Assembly: GCF_000143415.4 (NCBI RefSeq)
Contig: NW_003314334.1
Coordinates: forward strand, 906,822-970,821
Source: Selaginella moellendorffii
Taxonomy: Eukaryota > Plantae > Lycopodiophyta
Reading direction: 5' to 3'
Length of the DNA: 64,000 bases
Below, piece after piece: positions 35,978 through 46,566 of this stretch (positions are counted from its first letter, which is position 1; each line of letters begins with the position of its first letter). The position numbers and the translations under genes were made by a program. Below the pieces are notes generated by a model. The model made no database searches. It saw only the letters and a program-made list of their open reading frames with translations, and had not been told where the DNA came from.

Positions 35978-37064
35978 TTCAGTTGTTTCTTTGGGTACTT
36001 GAATTAACAATTGTTTTTTGCATGATTGGTTTTCTTGCAATGTGGGCAAGGGGTAAATATCTTTGTGCTAAAAGAACTCCCACTGGAACATGACAATTTC
36101 TTCTTGCTTGTTCTTGCAATGGTGTTGTATAAGGAAGTTTCAGTCTTCTCCATTGTCTTGCAGTGCAAAACAGTGTTTTGTAATGCTATTGTGACCTCTC
36201 GCCAAGAAAGTTGACCGCTTGGGACTGGTTGCAGCGACTGAATAAAGGATGGGAGTGTGCTGAGGAGATGCTCGCATTCCTCAGCTTCATCCATTTGTGC
36301 TCCCATGGCAATCAAGTTGTCTAAAATTTGCTTGACAGCAGCAATGTGTGTGGCAAGATCATTAGCCTCAGACATTGTCATGGAGCAGAGCTTCTGGTGA
36401 AGATGCACACGATTGGCTGGTGTCTGCTGCTCGTGGGTTGCTGTGAGGGTCACTCACACCTCACATGCCTTTGTGCACCATGACACGGCCCGGAAATCTC
36501 TTGTGTCCAATGCCTGGAAGAATTTACCAAGGGCTTTGCGATTAAGTGCAGCCCATTTGTCCTTTTCATCTTGAGGAGCTGCTGCACCAGGTTCAAGGTC
36601 TCGTGCTGTCACTCCCCACAATCCACGTTCATCTAGGTAGTATTCAATCCGTCGTTTCCAGACTGAAAAATTAGTGGCTGTGAATTTTGGAGGCACTGAC
36701 AGTGATGGAAGGGATTGGAGGAGGAAGGGGAGAAAGAGGAGGAGGTGGAGGGGAAGGAGGGGGAGAAGGCGTAGCCATCTCCCTCCTATCCACTTGGTCC
36801 ATTTGAGTTCCAGTTTTGAAGAACCCTCCTCCTTGCTCTAATGCGTCTGGTGATGCGTCACGCTGCTGGTCATGCATGCCTACGCATCCTAGGTTGCTGT
36901 CTTCGTCTCCTCGTCATCCAGGATCGATGAACCTCTCTAATACCATGTTGTGGTTTTTATTGAGATTGGATTCTCTAGATCGAAACAACCACCAAAAGAA
37001 AAGAATCAACCGGACATGTCTCCCTACGTGACGTGTCAGCCACGTGGCTGTCCGCCTACTAACA
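35978..37064 (-). mobile_element. Truncated Ty1/copia (119-bp LTR, PBS and gag), right arm of the palindrome
   Basis: LTR 36946-37064 (TGTTAG...ACAACA), PBS TGGTATTAGAGA and gag ORFs 36454-36696 and 36004-36453. Confidence 0.88.
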
Positions 37065-37099
37065 TCAACACCCTCGTTGGGGCGCAGAGGCCGAAAGAA

Positions 37100-38729
37100 T
37101 TCCGCATGTAGTCTGACGATCGTTTGTGTACTACGCTTGATCTTTGAGTTTCTCCATACATGAGGCTTCCAATTCGTTGAGGTGGTCAGCAATCGCCTCT
37201 ACTCAGGCCAACAGCCAGGGATAATCTAGATACTTCTACAGTAAGCTTGCGAGCCACAATCAGCTTACCATGCATTTTGTATCTAAGACCTGACTGAAAT
37301 GCCTAGGCTTCGGTAGACAACCACTCCAGGAAGTCAGGAAGAGAGCTTGAATTCAAGGCCTCAGAACTATGGCCTGGGCTCATCCCGGGACCAGAATCAC
37401 ATGCCTGCTGACCGCTGCAGACCACCGACGCCCAACAATCAAGAGTGTGCCCCCCCGTAGCTGCCGAGACTGCCGGATTCCAGAAGAAGGCGCCATCACC
37501 AATCTTCCTGCATGCAACCACATGGTGATCCTAGATCGCAATAATGTCCAAGCAGCCCTGCAGACTAATCTCTCTCAGGTTCGAGCTGAGAATAACGTGT
37601 TTATTGAGCCTATGTTGAGAGCTGCACATTCCAGGATAAGATCTTCATTCTGAGAAGCGCTCTGTCAACGGACGTGGGAGAGGGAACGCAAGCCTGAGGC
37701 AAGAAAGAAGCCTCATCCGACGAATGAGGGATGAGCTCCATACAGGAGGTACGGTGTATCCCTGTGACCAAGCCTCATACCCAAAGCAGAATTCGCAGAG
37801 GCTGCTGTGAGCTTCCTCTGACATGTTTGCTTCTTCCGTGGTCATCTCTCTGTTTTTCTTCTGCTTGCGTCTGCTCCTTCGTTTGTTCTCCAACTGTGGC
37901 TGCTTCCTCTTTTCCAGCCCTCCTGGTTGTACTCTTCTTCCTCCGCGGCTGGGTGACTTCTCCTTTGCCGAGCGGTGATGGATTAGTAGCATGAACTGAG
38001 CTACTCCGCAGTACTCTCCTCTTCGGTGTAGTGAGTGGCGTCGCCGCCTCCTCATCTCGAGGTTGTTCCTCCTGTTGTCTTTTCCTGAGATCGTGATGAC
38101 TTCTTCTGCTGTTTTCTTCTTTGCCTTCTTCCTGCTAGGTGGTTGCTCCTTCTTCTCTTGCTTTGGCAAGTAAAACTCACAAGGCTGGAGTTCGTCCTTT
38201 TGTGCCAAGAGCATCGCTTGTATGTAAGGGAATACAAGCGTCTTCACCTAAGTTCCTTTCGCCTTCTGAATGCGCTTCACCTCTTGGAAGATGTTGTACC
38301 TGAGAAACTTTGCAATGTTGGGGTCTCTCTCCTTCTCGATCTCGTGATAGGCGAGTGGCCAGTTTCATGTAGAACTCCCAGGATGTTGATCAGTACTCCG
38401 GTGCTCCTCCTTAAGCTCGTACATCTGGACTCCTGCCTTCGGCAACCTGTAGTGGTAGTGTACTCCTTTTGGAGTGAATCAGTAGGCAGTAGGGTACCAC
38501 TACCCGATATTTTGAAGTACTACTTCTCGATCTAAGCTGAGCCCATTCTCTGTGACTGGGTCATCGTGGTGGTGTTGACCGCTGGTATCATCGCCTTGCA
38601 CTTTTCCCAATCGAAAAAGCCTTGTGCCCTCTGAGCTAGCTCCCACAAACCATGCTTTTTGAGCCACCTCCCTGGGTATCGTGAGCTGTTCTGGGATGAC
38701 CAGAAGCTCGGCCGTCCCCTCTTCTTCGG
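37100..38729 (-). pseudogene. Disrupted ORF, probably a retrotransposon accessory ORF, abutting the duplicated URB2 5' end
   Basis: Broken frames (APKKRGRP...WLKKHGLWELAQ; VFPYIQAMLL followed by a charged low-complexity stretch). Origin inferred from context only. Confidence 0.35.
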
Positions 38730-40229
38730 CGCAGCAATCGCATGAGCTCCACATTGGAAATATCCAAATCCTGGCCCTGAAGCTTGGGCTTCTTCACCCA
38801 TCACGAAGAACCCTAAACCTTACCAAAACAAAAATTTCAAATCCGAAGCTAAACATTGAATTATTTATATTTAATAATCTTTATCTAGAATAAGTTTCCA
38901 AACTTGAGCATTATTATGTGTTTGACTATCGTAGCTGGTTCACACAAACAAAAGTTGGTGATGATATGTATATTTTTGTAGATATGAACGTGGAAACAAA
39001 GGCTGTTCCGATATCCTATGAAAAGAATGAGCATGAAATATACTAAGCTGTTTCAAAAGACACATCCATCCACTAAAATGGTTGCAAAGTTATTTAGAAT
39101 CTAAAGCTTTAAGAAGCAAAGAACAAAACTTTCTACATATCAACCAATCCCATGTTTCTGTTTTTCCTGGGCAAGATCACTCTCATTTTTGTGACAGATG
39201 GGCCGCCATGTCCCAGATCGCTGCTGCTTGCATTTGCTTTGCTCTTGCAACAGTCATTAGTCTTCCTTCTCACAACATTTCATTGTTATTGTGCAATTAA
39301 TTTAAACAATCATCTAAAACAATGTACTATTATTATTATCGAATTCTCATAGGCATGATAATTTGGCTACACTGGGCCAACAGCATGGAGATTCCTCTGC
39401 GCCTTGTTGCAGACATAGTAAGCCATGGAAGCTATCACGGTGAGAAACGTGCAAGCCGCGCCGATCCCAAATATCTCTTGCCGGGCAGCCTTAGAGTCGT
39501 GGAATGAAGTGCCTTTCACTTTTTTTCTCGAGAAAGTTACGCGTGAAGAACCCACAAGGATGAAGATCTCTGCGACGAGAAACATAGTCCTGGCAGTGAG
39601 AAAACAACGCTTTTACGTAAGCTCGAGATCATCAAGATCATAAATGAAGAACACTTTTTACCATGAGAAGATACAAAGGATGATAGTGCAAATGTTTGCA
39701 ACCTTTGCCTTGGGAGGGCACGGGCAGCACCTACATTTGGTGGAAAGAAGTAGAAAGAGCTGCCCGGCCGCGAGAAAAATCGCAGAGGTGGCTCCGAGAG
39801 TCGTGGCCCGGTGAAGCTCACAGGTGAAAGTATCGGCATTTTCGCTAGATCTTTGAGCAGCGGCCTATATCTATCCAAGAACATAGCAACATTTGCAAGT
39901 GATCTTAGAGAATTCGTGGTAAAATCTCTCCAGGGTTGCAGCTTACGTGAGCGATTCGAAACGCCGCTGCTACGGCGAGTGCGAACGATACGGAGTGGAA
40001 GATGAAAGCTAACGAGACGATCTGGGGGGACTTTCCCATCGCCATAAACACCAAAAACTCCGAGATCTCGCACCAAAAACTTTGAAATCTCGCGAAAAAA
40101 TGCGAAGACTGGCCTCGCGGTGTGTTTAAAAAGAGCAAGCCGCGCGGCAGTGGACAGTGAAAAAGGTAAAGTGGCATCCATTATTATACTTTTAACTTCT
40201 ACGGAGGAGCCGACTCATTGTCCCACAGG
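38730..40229 (+). repeat. Segmental duplication copy B; URB2 exon-1 fragment carries a 41-nt deletion
   Basis: Colinear with 15561-17100; the equivalent of 15629-15669 is missing. Confidence 0.95.
39367..40045 (-). CDS. DUF1218 family protein, copy B, 3 exons
   Basis: Frame and splice sites retained. Recent paralog of copy A, with HDCK changed to HDSK. Confidence 0.8.
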
Positions 40230-40321
40230 TAGAATCCAATCACTATACAGGTGAAAAGTAAAGAACAAAATTACCATACACAAGTAAAAACCCTCTCTCT
40301 CTCTCTCTCTCTCTCTCTCCC

Positions 40322-41043
40322 CTACACATACTCGCCAGCACGGAGATTCTTCCGCGCCTCCACGTAGCAGAGGTAATAAGCTGAGGCAAGTAACCCGGTA
40401 AGCAACGCAGCCGCCGCGCCAATCCCGAATATCACCTGGCGCGCGACTTTACACTCGTGGATCGATGAGCCCGACACTCTTTTACTCTGGAAAGTTACGC
40501 GCGCGGTCCCGGTGAGGATAAAGAGCTCCGCGACGAGAAACGCGATCCTGGCAGTAAAATCCACACGGTAAAAACGGGCATGATCACGGTAAAAAGGCAA
40601 GAACACCGGAGAACCACGAAGAACACTCTTACCATGAGAAGATGAAGAGAATGACTGCGCAGATGTTAGCGGCCTTTCGCTTGAGAGGGCAAGGGCAGCA
40701 CATACATCTCGTCACCAGGGTCACAAAGAGCTGCCCGGCGGCGAGGAAACTCGCAGCGGCGATGCCAAGATTCGTGGCCTGACCCGCGCGATACTCGCAA
40801 GTGAAAACATCGCCCTGTGGGCTATCTCTTTGAGCAGTGGCCTATCAGCACAGAGACAATAGCTTAGAACTTCTAGATTGAGTCAATTCGAGAGCTATAG
40901 AACTATAGATTGGATGGATTGAATCTCTGTGAAAAACTTACTCGGTGTATCCGCAAGGTCGCCGCCACCGCGAGGGCGAATGCGATTGCATCGAGGATGA
41001 GGACTATCCAGACGAGCTGCGAATGCCGCCGCGAGGATTTCAT
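40322..41043 (-). CDS. DUF1218 family protein, older paralog C, 3 exons
   Basis: MKSSRRHSQLVWIVLILDAIAFALAVAATLRIHR|...|IAFLVAELFIL...CKVARQVIFGIGAA...YY. Same intron positions as copies A and B. Confidence 0.85.
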
Positions 41044-43060
41044 GCCGGGGGGGGTACTAGAGAGAAAGCTTTGGATGGTTTTCGACGAGGAGAGGGAGAG
41101 ACAGAGGAAACGATGCGAAGGAATATTACATGAGAAAAAAGAATTGGATTGCTTCGAGGTGTTTAAAGCGCTGTCGGCCACGCGTCCCTGGCTGGCGATT
41201 CGCATCGAGAAAAGTGACATGTAAGGGATTCCTTTTCCTTGTCATTTAATTTCAAAGCTAGTCAGCGTGGGGCAGCGTTGACGGAATTTTTGAAATGGAC
41301 TGCATGATCAAACGGTTTTGTAGTTAAAAATACAAGTTAATGAAAATTATATACTATGGTCAGTGTGTCAATAAGGATTTGATTAAAATCTGATTAAAAA
41401 AAGGCACTCCTATTCATTTCTCATTAGGCATTGCAATTTTGGTATGAGAAAGCATATTAAATGACTTATATATATATATATATTTTCTTAACAGCACATG
41501 TTTAACAATAAAGCTAAATGGGTTAATTGAATAAAGTTTGAAGTTAAATAGATTATATAATTTAATTAGTTTATATTTTTTCACTATTTGTTGTGTTAAA
41601 TTTGACTAAAAATAAGTTCTAACCTCAAGAACACATTATAAATTATTGCATTAAATAAGGATTATTTATGAGTATAAAATTAAATTACATTTATTTACTA
41701 ATTTAAAAAGTAAAACTTGTTAGAATTCCAGTCTAAGACTTAAAACAAAGAATGTTTTTAAAAACAATTGTAAATGGTTTACCTAGTTATTGATAAAATT
41801 TTATATAAAATAAAAGAAACAAAAATACGAATTTTACCTTAGAATTTGAAAAGTTTAAAATGAGAAATATTAAATTTACAAAAATATTGAAGGATTTAAT
41901 AAAATTTTACATTTTTAAATTATTTTTAAAAATAAAACTTCTTTAATACATCTGTTTTAAACTGTTTTAAGATAATTAATTTATCATTTTAATATAAATT
42001 TTGTAGTTTGATAATCATTACTATACAAAAATTCTGACTTGAAAATAGTTTAATTATTAGTATTCATGCTTTTTCAACTGTATATTATAATTATATTAGA
42101 CTTAACATAAATACAGGATGAAAATATGTTTAAAATTATTAAATAAAACAATGTACCATATTTATTATAAATTAGTTATAAACATTCAATATTATTATAA
42201 ATATTTGTTGCCCACCAAACTTTATTTGGATATTTTGTTTCATATGACAATAAAATCTTACTGATTATGCTGCAAACCAAATATTGGGTGGGAAAAGATA
42301 TTGAAAAGATGCAATCATATGAAATTTCTCAACATTCCTTGGTTTAATTTATCCTTCTTGATCTTCTCATTGTTAAATTACAATCATTTTGCAAAGTAAA
42401 AGATGTGAATTTTATACAATTTAAACAATATTTATTATTAAACTATACTATTTTTTTGTATTTATTATATAAATAATATTACCATTAATTTTAAATCTTA
42501 ATATAATGCTCTTCAATATTATTTGATCCCCATATTAATTTATTTTTTAGAATATATGGAAATTTTGCAATTATTTTCTACTAATAATATATTTTTACAA
42601 TTTGGAGAGATTAAAAATTGACCTGTATAAATATGGTCCTGTTTTGATCCAGCATTTAATGTTGTAAATTTTATATCAGAATTTTCATTAATATTATATT
42701 GAATATAAAACTTGAAAAATAAGTAATTATTTTTTATTTGTTGTGGTCCTAAACCAGGAGGCCACTGAAATAAAACACTATAGCCAATTTGATATTTTCT
42801 GGATGTGAAAGTACATTCATCAAAACATGTTTAACGCATATCATCTTTAAATAAATTAAATATGTATTCAAATCTAAATCTTAATATTCTAGGTTGAACT
42901 CTATCATTTGATAATTGCTCTATTGAACATATAGGAGGTGTACCCTCTATACATCTAAATTACACAATTATAATTGCTCTACCAAGATCAACCTCAATTG
43001 TATTTTCATAATTTATTTGATATCCATTAGGATTAAATAAATCTATTTGGCTTAAAAGCT

Positions 43061-43449
43061 CTTCACCGTGAGGGGTCTCGACCTGACCCGTGCGCCACAG
43101 GAAGGGTGAAGGGGAGGACAAGGCGCGGCCCGGGAAGAGTATGCGGATGGGCGGCCTCCACCCACCCCCCGCTCCTCGACCACGGCCATACTACGGAATG
43201 GGATGTGCTCTCGGGCGGGGTAGCCGTGGCTTCAGGGTCTACGCAGTGTGCGGGTCGGGTCGGGCCGACCCTCAGAAGAAGCCCCGATTCCTGGTGGTGG
43301 TATGAGCATTCCGGGTGTTCGAATCAGGAGTAGAAAGGAGTATATCATCTGTTGTTGTCCGGTCAGGTGTGTCTTCTGTGGTTTCGTGGGCAGGGATGGA
43401 GATGGTATGCACCACCCCTTTCTGCAGCCTGCCTCCCCAAATCCTTCAC
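43061..43449. other. GC-rich island in very AT-rich DNA, flanked by CTTCAC direct repeats
   Basis: Abrupt compositional switch. CTTCAC at 43061-43066 and 43444-43449. Confidence 0.6.
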
Positions 43450-44163
43450 TAATGATTTTTCCTATTTTATATTGATTAAATGTATTATTCCTTCCCTATT
43501 CAGGAATTGCACTTTTTAATGCATACATATATATCAATAAAAAATTATAAATCATACAAAAACTTATTATATTAACTTTAAGCATTAGTATTATCATCGT
43601 GTTTTTATTTATTTTCTTTATATTTTACTACTGGAATTTTAGCATAAATATTACTTTATTAAATTTTTTTATAATAAATTTCATTTACAATTGATAAATT
43701 TACTATAGATACCTTAAAAATATCTTGTTTTAATATTTATATTTAATGAAAATATAATAATTCCAAGAATAGTATCAATAAGAATTTTTTTAATGTTTTT
43801 TTTGTGCTTTATTTTCATCCTGCTAGTTAATTTATACTTTTCCTTCCATTGGTTACCTTTTAACTTTTCATACACTAAAAAGCATATGTTATTCCAGGTA
43901 TTCATAGCAAAGGTTAAAATATTTAAGAAAAATAACCTTGATGGCAAGAACATAACCTTTCTTTCTTCACTGTCTTAGATGTGTTGGAGGTTGGCCATAC
44001 ACCAAGAACAATGGCGCCTCTGAAACATTTTCAAGCCACTCAGGTGCATTTAGCTTCTCCATTCAATCGTCAAGCCTCACTAGATTGATCCCAGCATTGT
44101 TACAATTATCTTTTAAATTGAGAAACACTTAGCGTCTTGGATATATATTGGAGAAAGAATTTC

Positions 44164-45561
44164 TTACTGGCCAGGCTCCAGCAAACCTGACGAAGCTTCT
44201 CCTGGCAATGGGGAACCCCGGATGAACTCCAGCCACTTGTGGGCCTTGGCAGCCTCCAGTCCCCAGTAAAGCCCCAGCCCCACCACAATGACGCTCGCGC
44301 TCACTACTACCACCCGCAGCGACGCAAAGCTCATGACAAACACTAGCAACGCTGCTGGCGGCACACACACGAGCACGCACCCCAGTCTATCCCCAACCGG
44401 GGCCTTGTACGGCCTGGGTATATCCGGCCGCCGTACACGCAGCGCTACAAACGCCGCCAGCTCCAGCAGCATCCCCACGCTGTAGAGGAAGTTGAGCAGC
44501 TCGATGATCTCCGCGAAGCTCATCCAGGAGAGCATCACGATCCCCAGCGCGGAGAACGCGATCCCCCAGACGGGTGTCCCATGGCGCGATCTCCTCGCCA
44601 GGAACTTGGGCAGCATCCCCATCTCCGCCATTCCCAGGAGCTGGAAGGAATCGCTGCTCATCTCCGCCTCGAACAGCCCCATGTTGGAGAGCGCCGCCGC
44701 GAGCTGGACCCAGATCCGGAGCCACGATCCACCGATCGCGAACGCGATCGTGGAGAAGTATCCGTCGACCCATCGCGATTGATCCAGCTCCAGCGCTCCC
44801 GTTCCCGCCAGGATTGGGACGAGATACGACGCCACCACCACGAAGATCGAGATGTAGAGAGCTCTTGGAAAGGTCTTGCTTGGATCTTCCACCTCGCCGG
44901 CTAGAGTGCTGGATTTGTCCCAGAAGTTGAGGTTCCAGAAGAGATTGTTGAGGTAGTTCTTCCAGTTGACACGCCCCAAGTGGGCCGACGTCCATCGCCG
45001 GGGCTCCAGTTTGGGCAGCGCAAGTAGTCCCATGACCGCAAACGGGGCGAGCGAGAAGATGGCCAGGCAAACGGCGGTAAACCCCACTACGGCTAATCCT
45101 CTGTAGTTAAGAAATGTTAATCCCAAAGTGATGCCAAAGATGGAAACGCCCCTGGTGAGCCCAGACGCCAAAGTGGGGAATGTTGGGCTCAAGTAGTCCA
45201 GGAAGAGAACCGGGTAGAGTGCGTTGTCTATGACCCCGCTAATCCACTTCCAAAACCCGCCCTGGAATCCCCAGAAGGGGCCGAAAGCCTCGCGAATCCA
45301 TAGCACGTAGCCGCCGTTTGCCGGGAATGCGGTGGAGAGCTCCGCGGTGACGAGCGCTTCCGGGACGCTCCAGAAGAATGGGAGGATCAGAAAGCCCAGG
45401 ATCGCGAGAAGCGGCCCTCCCGCTCCCACGGAATCCTCTACTCCGAATGGGCCTCCAGAGACGCTGTAGAAGACGAGGGCGATGAGAGGGACGAGCGAGA
45501 GCTTGGGCGGCGGCGAGGATGGATCGCTCGCGGAGAGCTTGAATTTGTCCCAGAATCCCAT
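44164..45561 (-). CDS. Polyamine uptake transporter (PUT/LAT/RMV1 family), intronless
   Basis: VSGGPFGVED, PEALVTAEL, GFQGGFWKW, DNALYPVLF, LFEAEMSSDSFQLLGMAE; ~12 TM segments. Confidence 0.95.
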   Translation of the reverse strand: MGFWDKFKLSASDPSSPPPKLSLVPLIALVFYSVSGGPFGVEDSVGAGGPLLAILGFLILPFFWSVPEALVTAELSTAFPANGGYVLWIREAFGPFWGFQGGFWKWISGVIDNALYPVLFLDYLSPTFPTLASGLTRGVSIFGITLGLTFLNYRGLAVVGFTAVCLAIFSLAPFAVMGLLALPKLEPRRWTSAHLGRVNWKNYLNNLFWNLNFWDKSSTLAGEVEDPSKTFPRALYISIFVVVASYLVPILAGTGALELDQSRWVDGYFSTIAFAIGGSWLRIWVQLAAALSNMGLFEAEMSSDSFQLLGMAEMGMLPKFLARRSRHGTPVWGIAFSALGIVMLSWMSFAEIIELLNFLYSVGMLLELAAFVALRVRRPDIPRPYKAPVGDRLGCVLVCVPPAALLVFVMSFASLRVVVVSASVIVVGLGLYWGLEAAKAHKWLEFIRGSPLPGEASSGLLEPGQ

Positions 45562-45883
45562 CTTTGGATCTCGCTTCCAAGAAGCTAGGAGCTGGGATTG
45601 GATCCAAATGCCATGGATTGGCTGCGACTGGAGGAGAATTGGCCGGATCTGGGGGAAGACTCACTCACCAAATTGATTGGAGCATCGCCCAAAAGTCCGC
45701 GCACGAGGAACACGCTAAAGCTATCATCCCCTGTTCTAGGGATTTTATCATATGAACAGGGGAGTTTATCTTAAACATACTTTGTTTAGTTTAAGACAAG
45801 GTGAAAATGGGATTAGGGTTCTTGGGATTTTAACCTAACGACAAAGGGGAAAGGGGATTAGGGTTCTTGGCTATCTTGTGGCT

Positions 45884-46566
45884 ATGGCGTTTGTGACGAT
45901 GACGCTGGGGCTCTCTGGCGCCTCGAATCCGCCTCCGTCGATCGCCGATCCAGGTAACAGAGCAGCGCCCTCAGCTGCCGGATCGGCCCCGGCGCGTGTG
46001 GCGTTCGGTGCAGCGAGCAGCAGTGGCGCGGCGTTTCCATCGGCGGCCAACGCGAATCTGATGTGGTCTGGGAAGCCCGCGAATGCGGCAATCATCGTGA
46101 ACGCGAACGAGGGGCCGGATTCGATCGTGAGGAGGTTCCGAAGGGAGGTGATGAGTGCGGGGATAATCGCGGAATGTAGGAGGAGGAGGTATCACGAGAC
46201 ACCGCAGGAGAAGAGGAAGAGGAAGCAGCAGGCCCTTGCAAGGCGGAGGAAGATGAGGTAAGGAGAAGATCTTCTCAATGACTTGCGATTTCTTTCTTTG
46301 TTCTGCTTCTCTTTGTTTTGCTTGTGAGCTGATGGTGATCGATATGAGCTTTGGATCTGTGCCATCTTCTAAGATTTCTCTTTCTTTGTGAATGCAGTAG
46401 AAGAGCCTCGGGAGGTGGAGGGTTCCAAAGCGCCACCAGCGGCGGCGGTGGTGGTGGCGGATTCAAGCCCCCGGTCGATCCCTTCGCTCCCAAGCCAGCG
46501 AAATCAAAAGAGGAGGACGATCGTGAATTTTGGGGGGAGGATGATGACGAGCTCATCTTCCAATAG
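45884..46566 (+). CDS. RPS21: Plastid 30S ribosomal protein S21 with transit peptide; exons 45884-46257 and 46398-46566
   Basis: NEGPDSIVRRFRREVMSAGIIAECRRRRYHETPQEKRKRK. Ala/Ser-rich N-terminus. Duplicated TTAGGGTT telo-boxes upstream. Confidence 0.9.

Noticed and set aside
43270-43330. tRNA or tRNA-derived SINE (GTTCGAATC B-box-like)
   Set aside because: No cloverleaf or convincing A-box spacing could be built.
44164-45561. Intronless transporter as a retrocopy or horizontal transfer
   Set aside because: Intron-poor coding regions are normal for plant PUT/LAT genes; no poly(A) tail or TSD seen.
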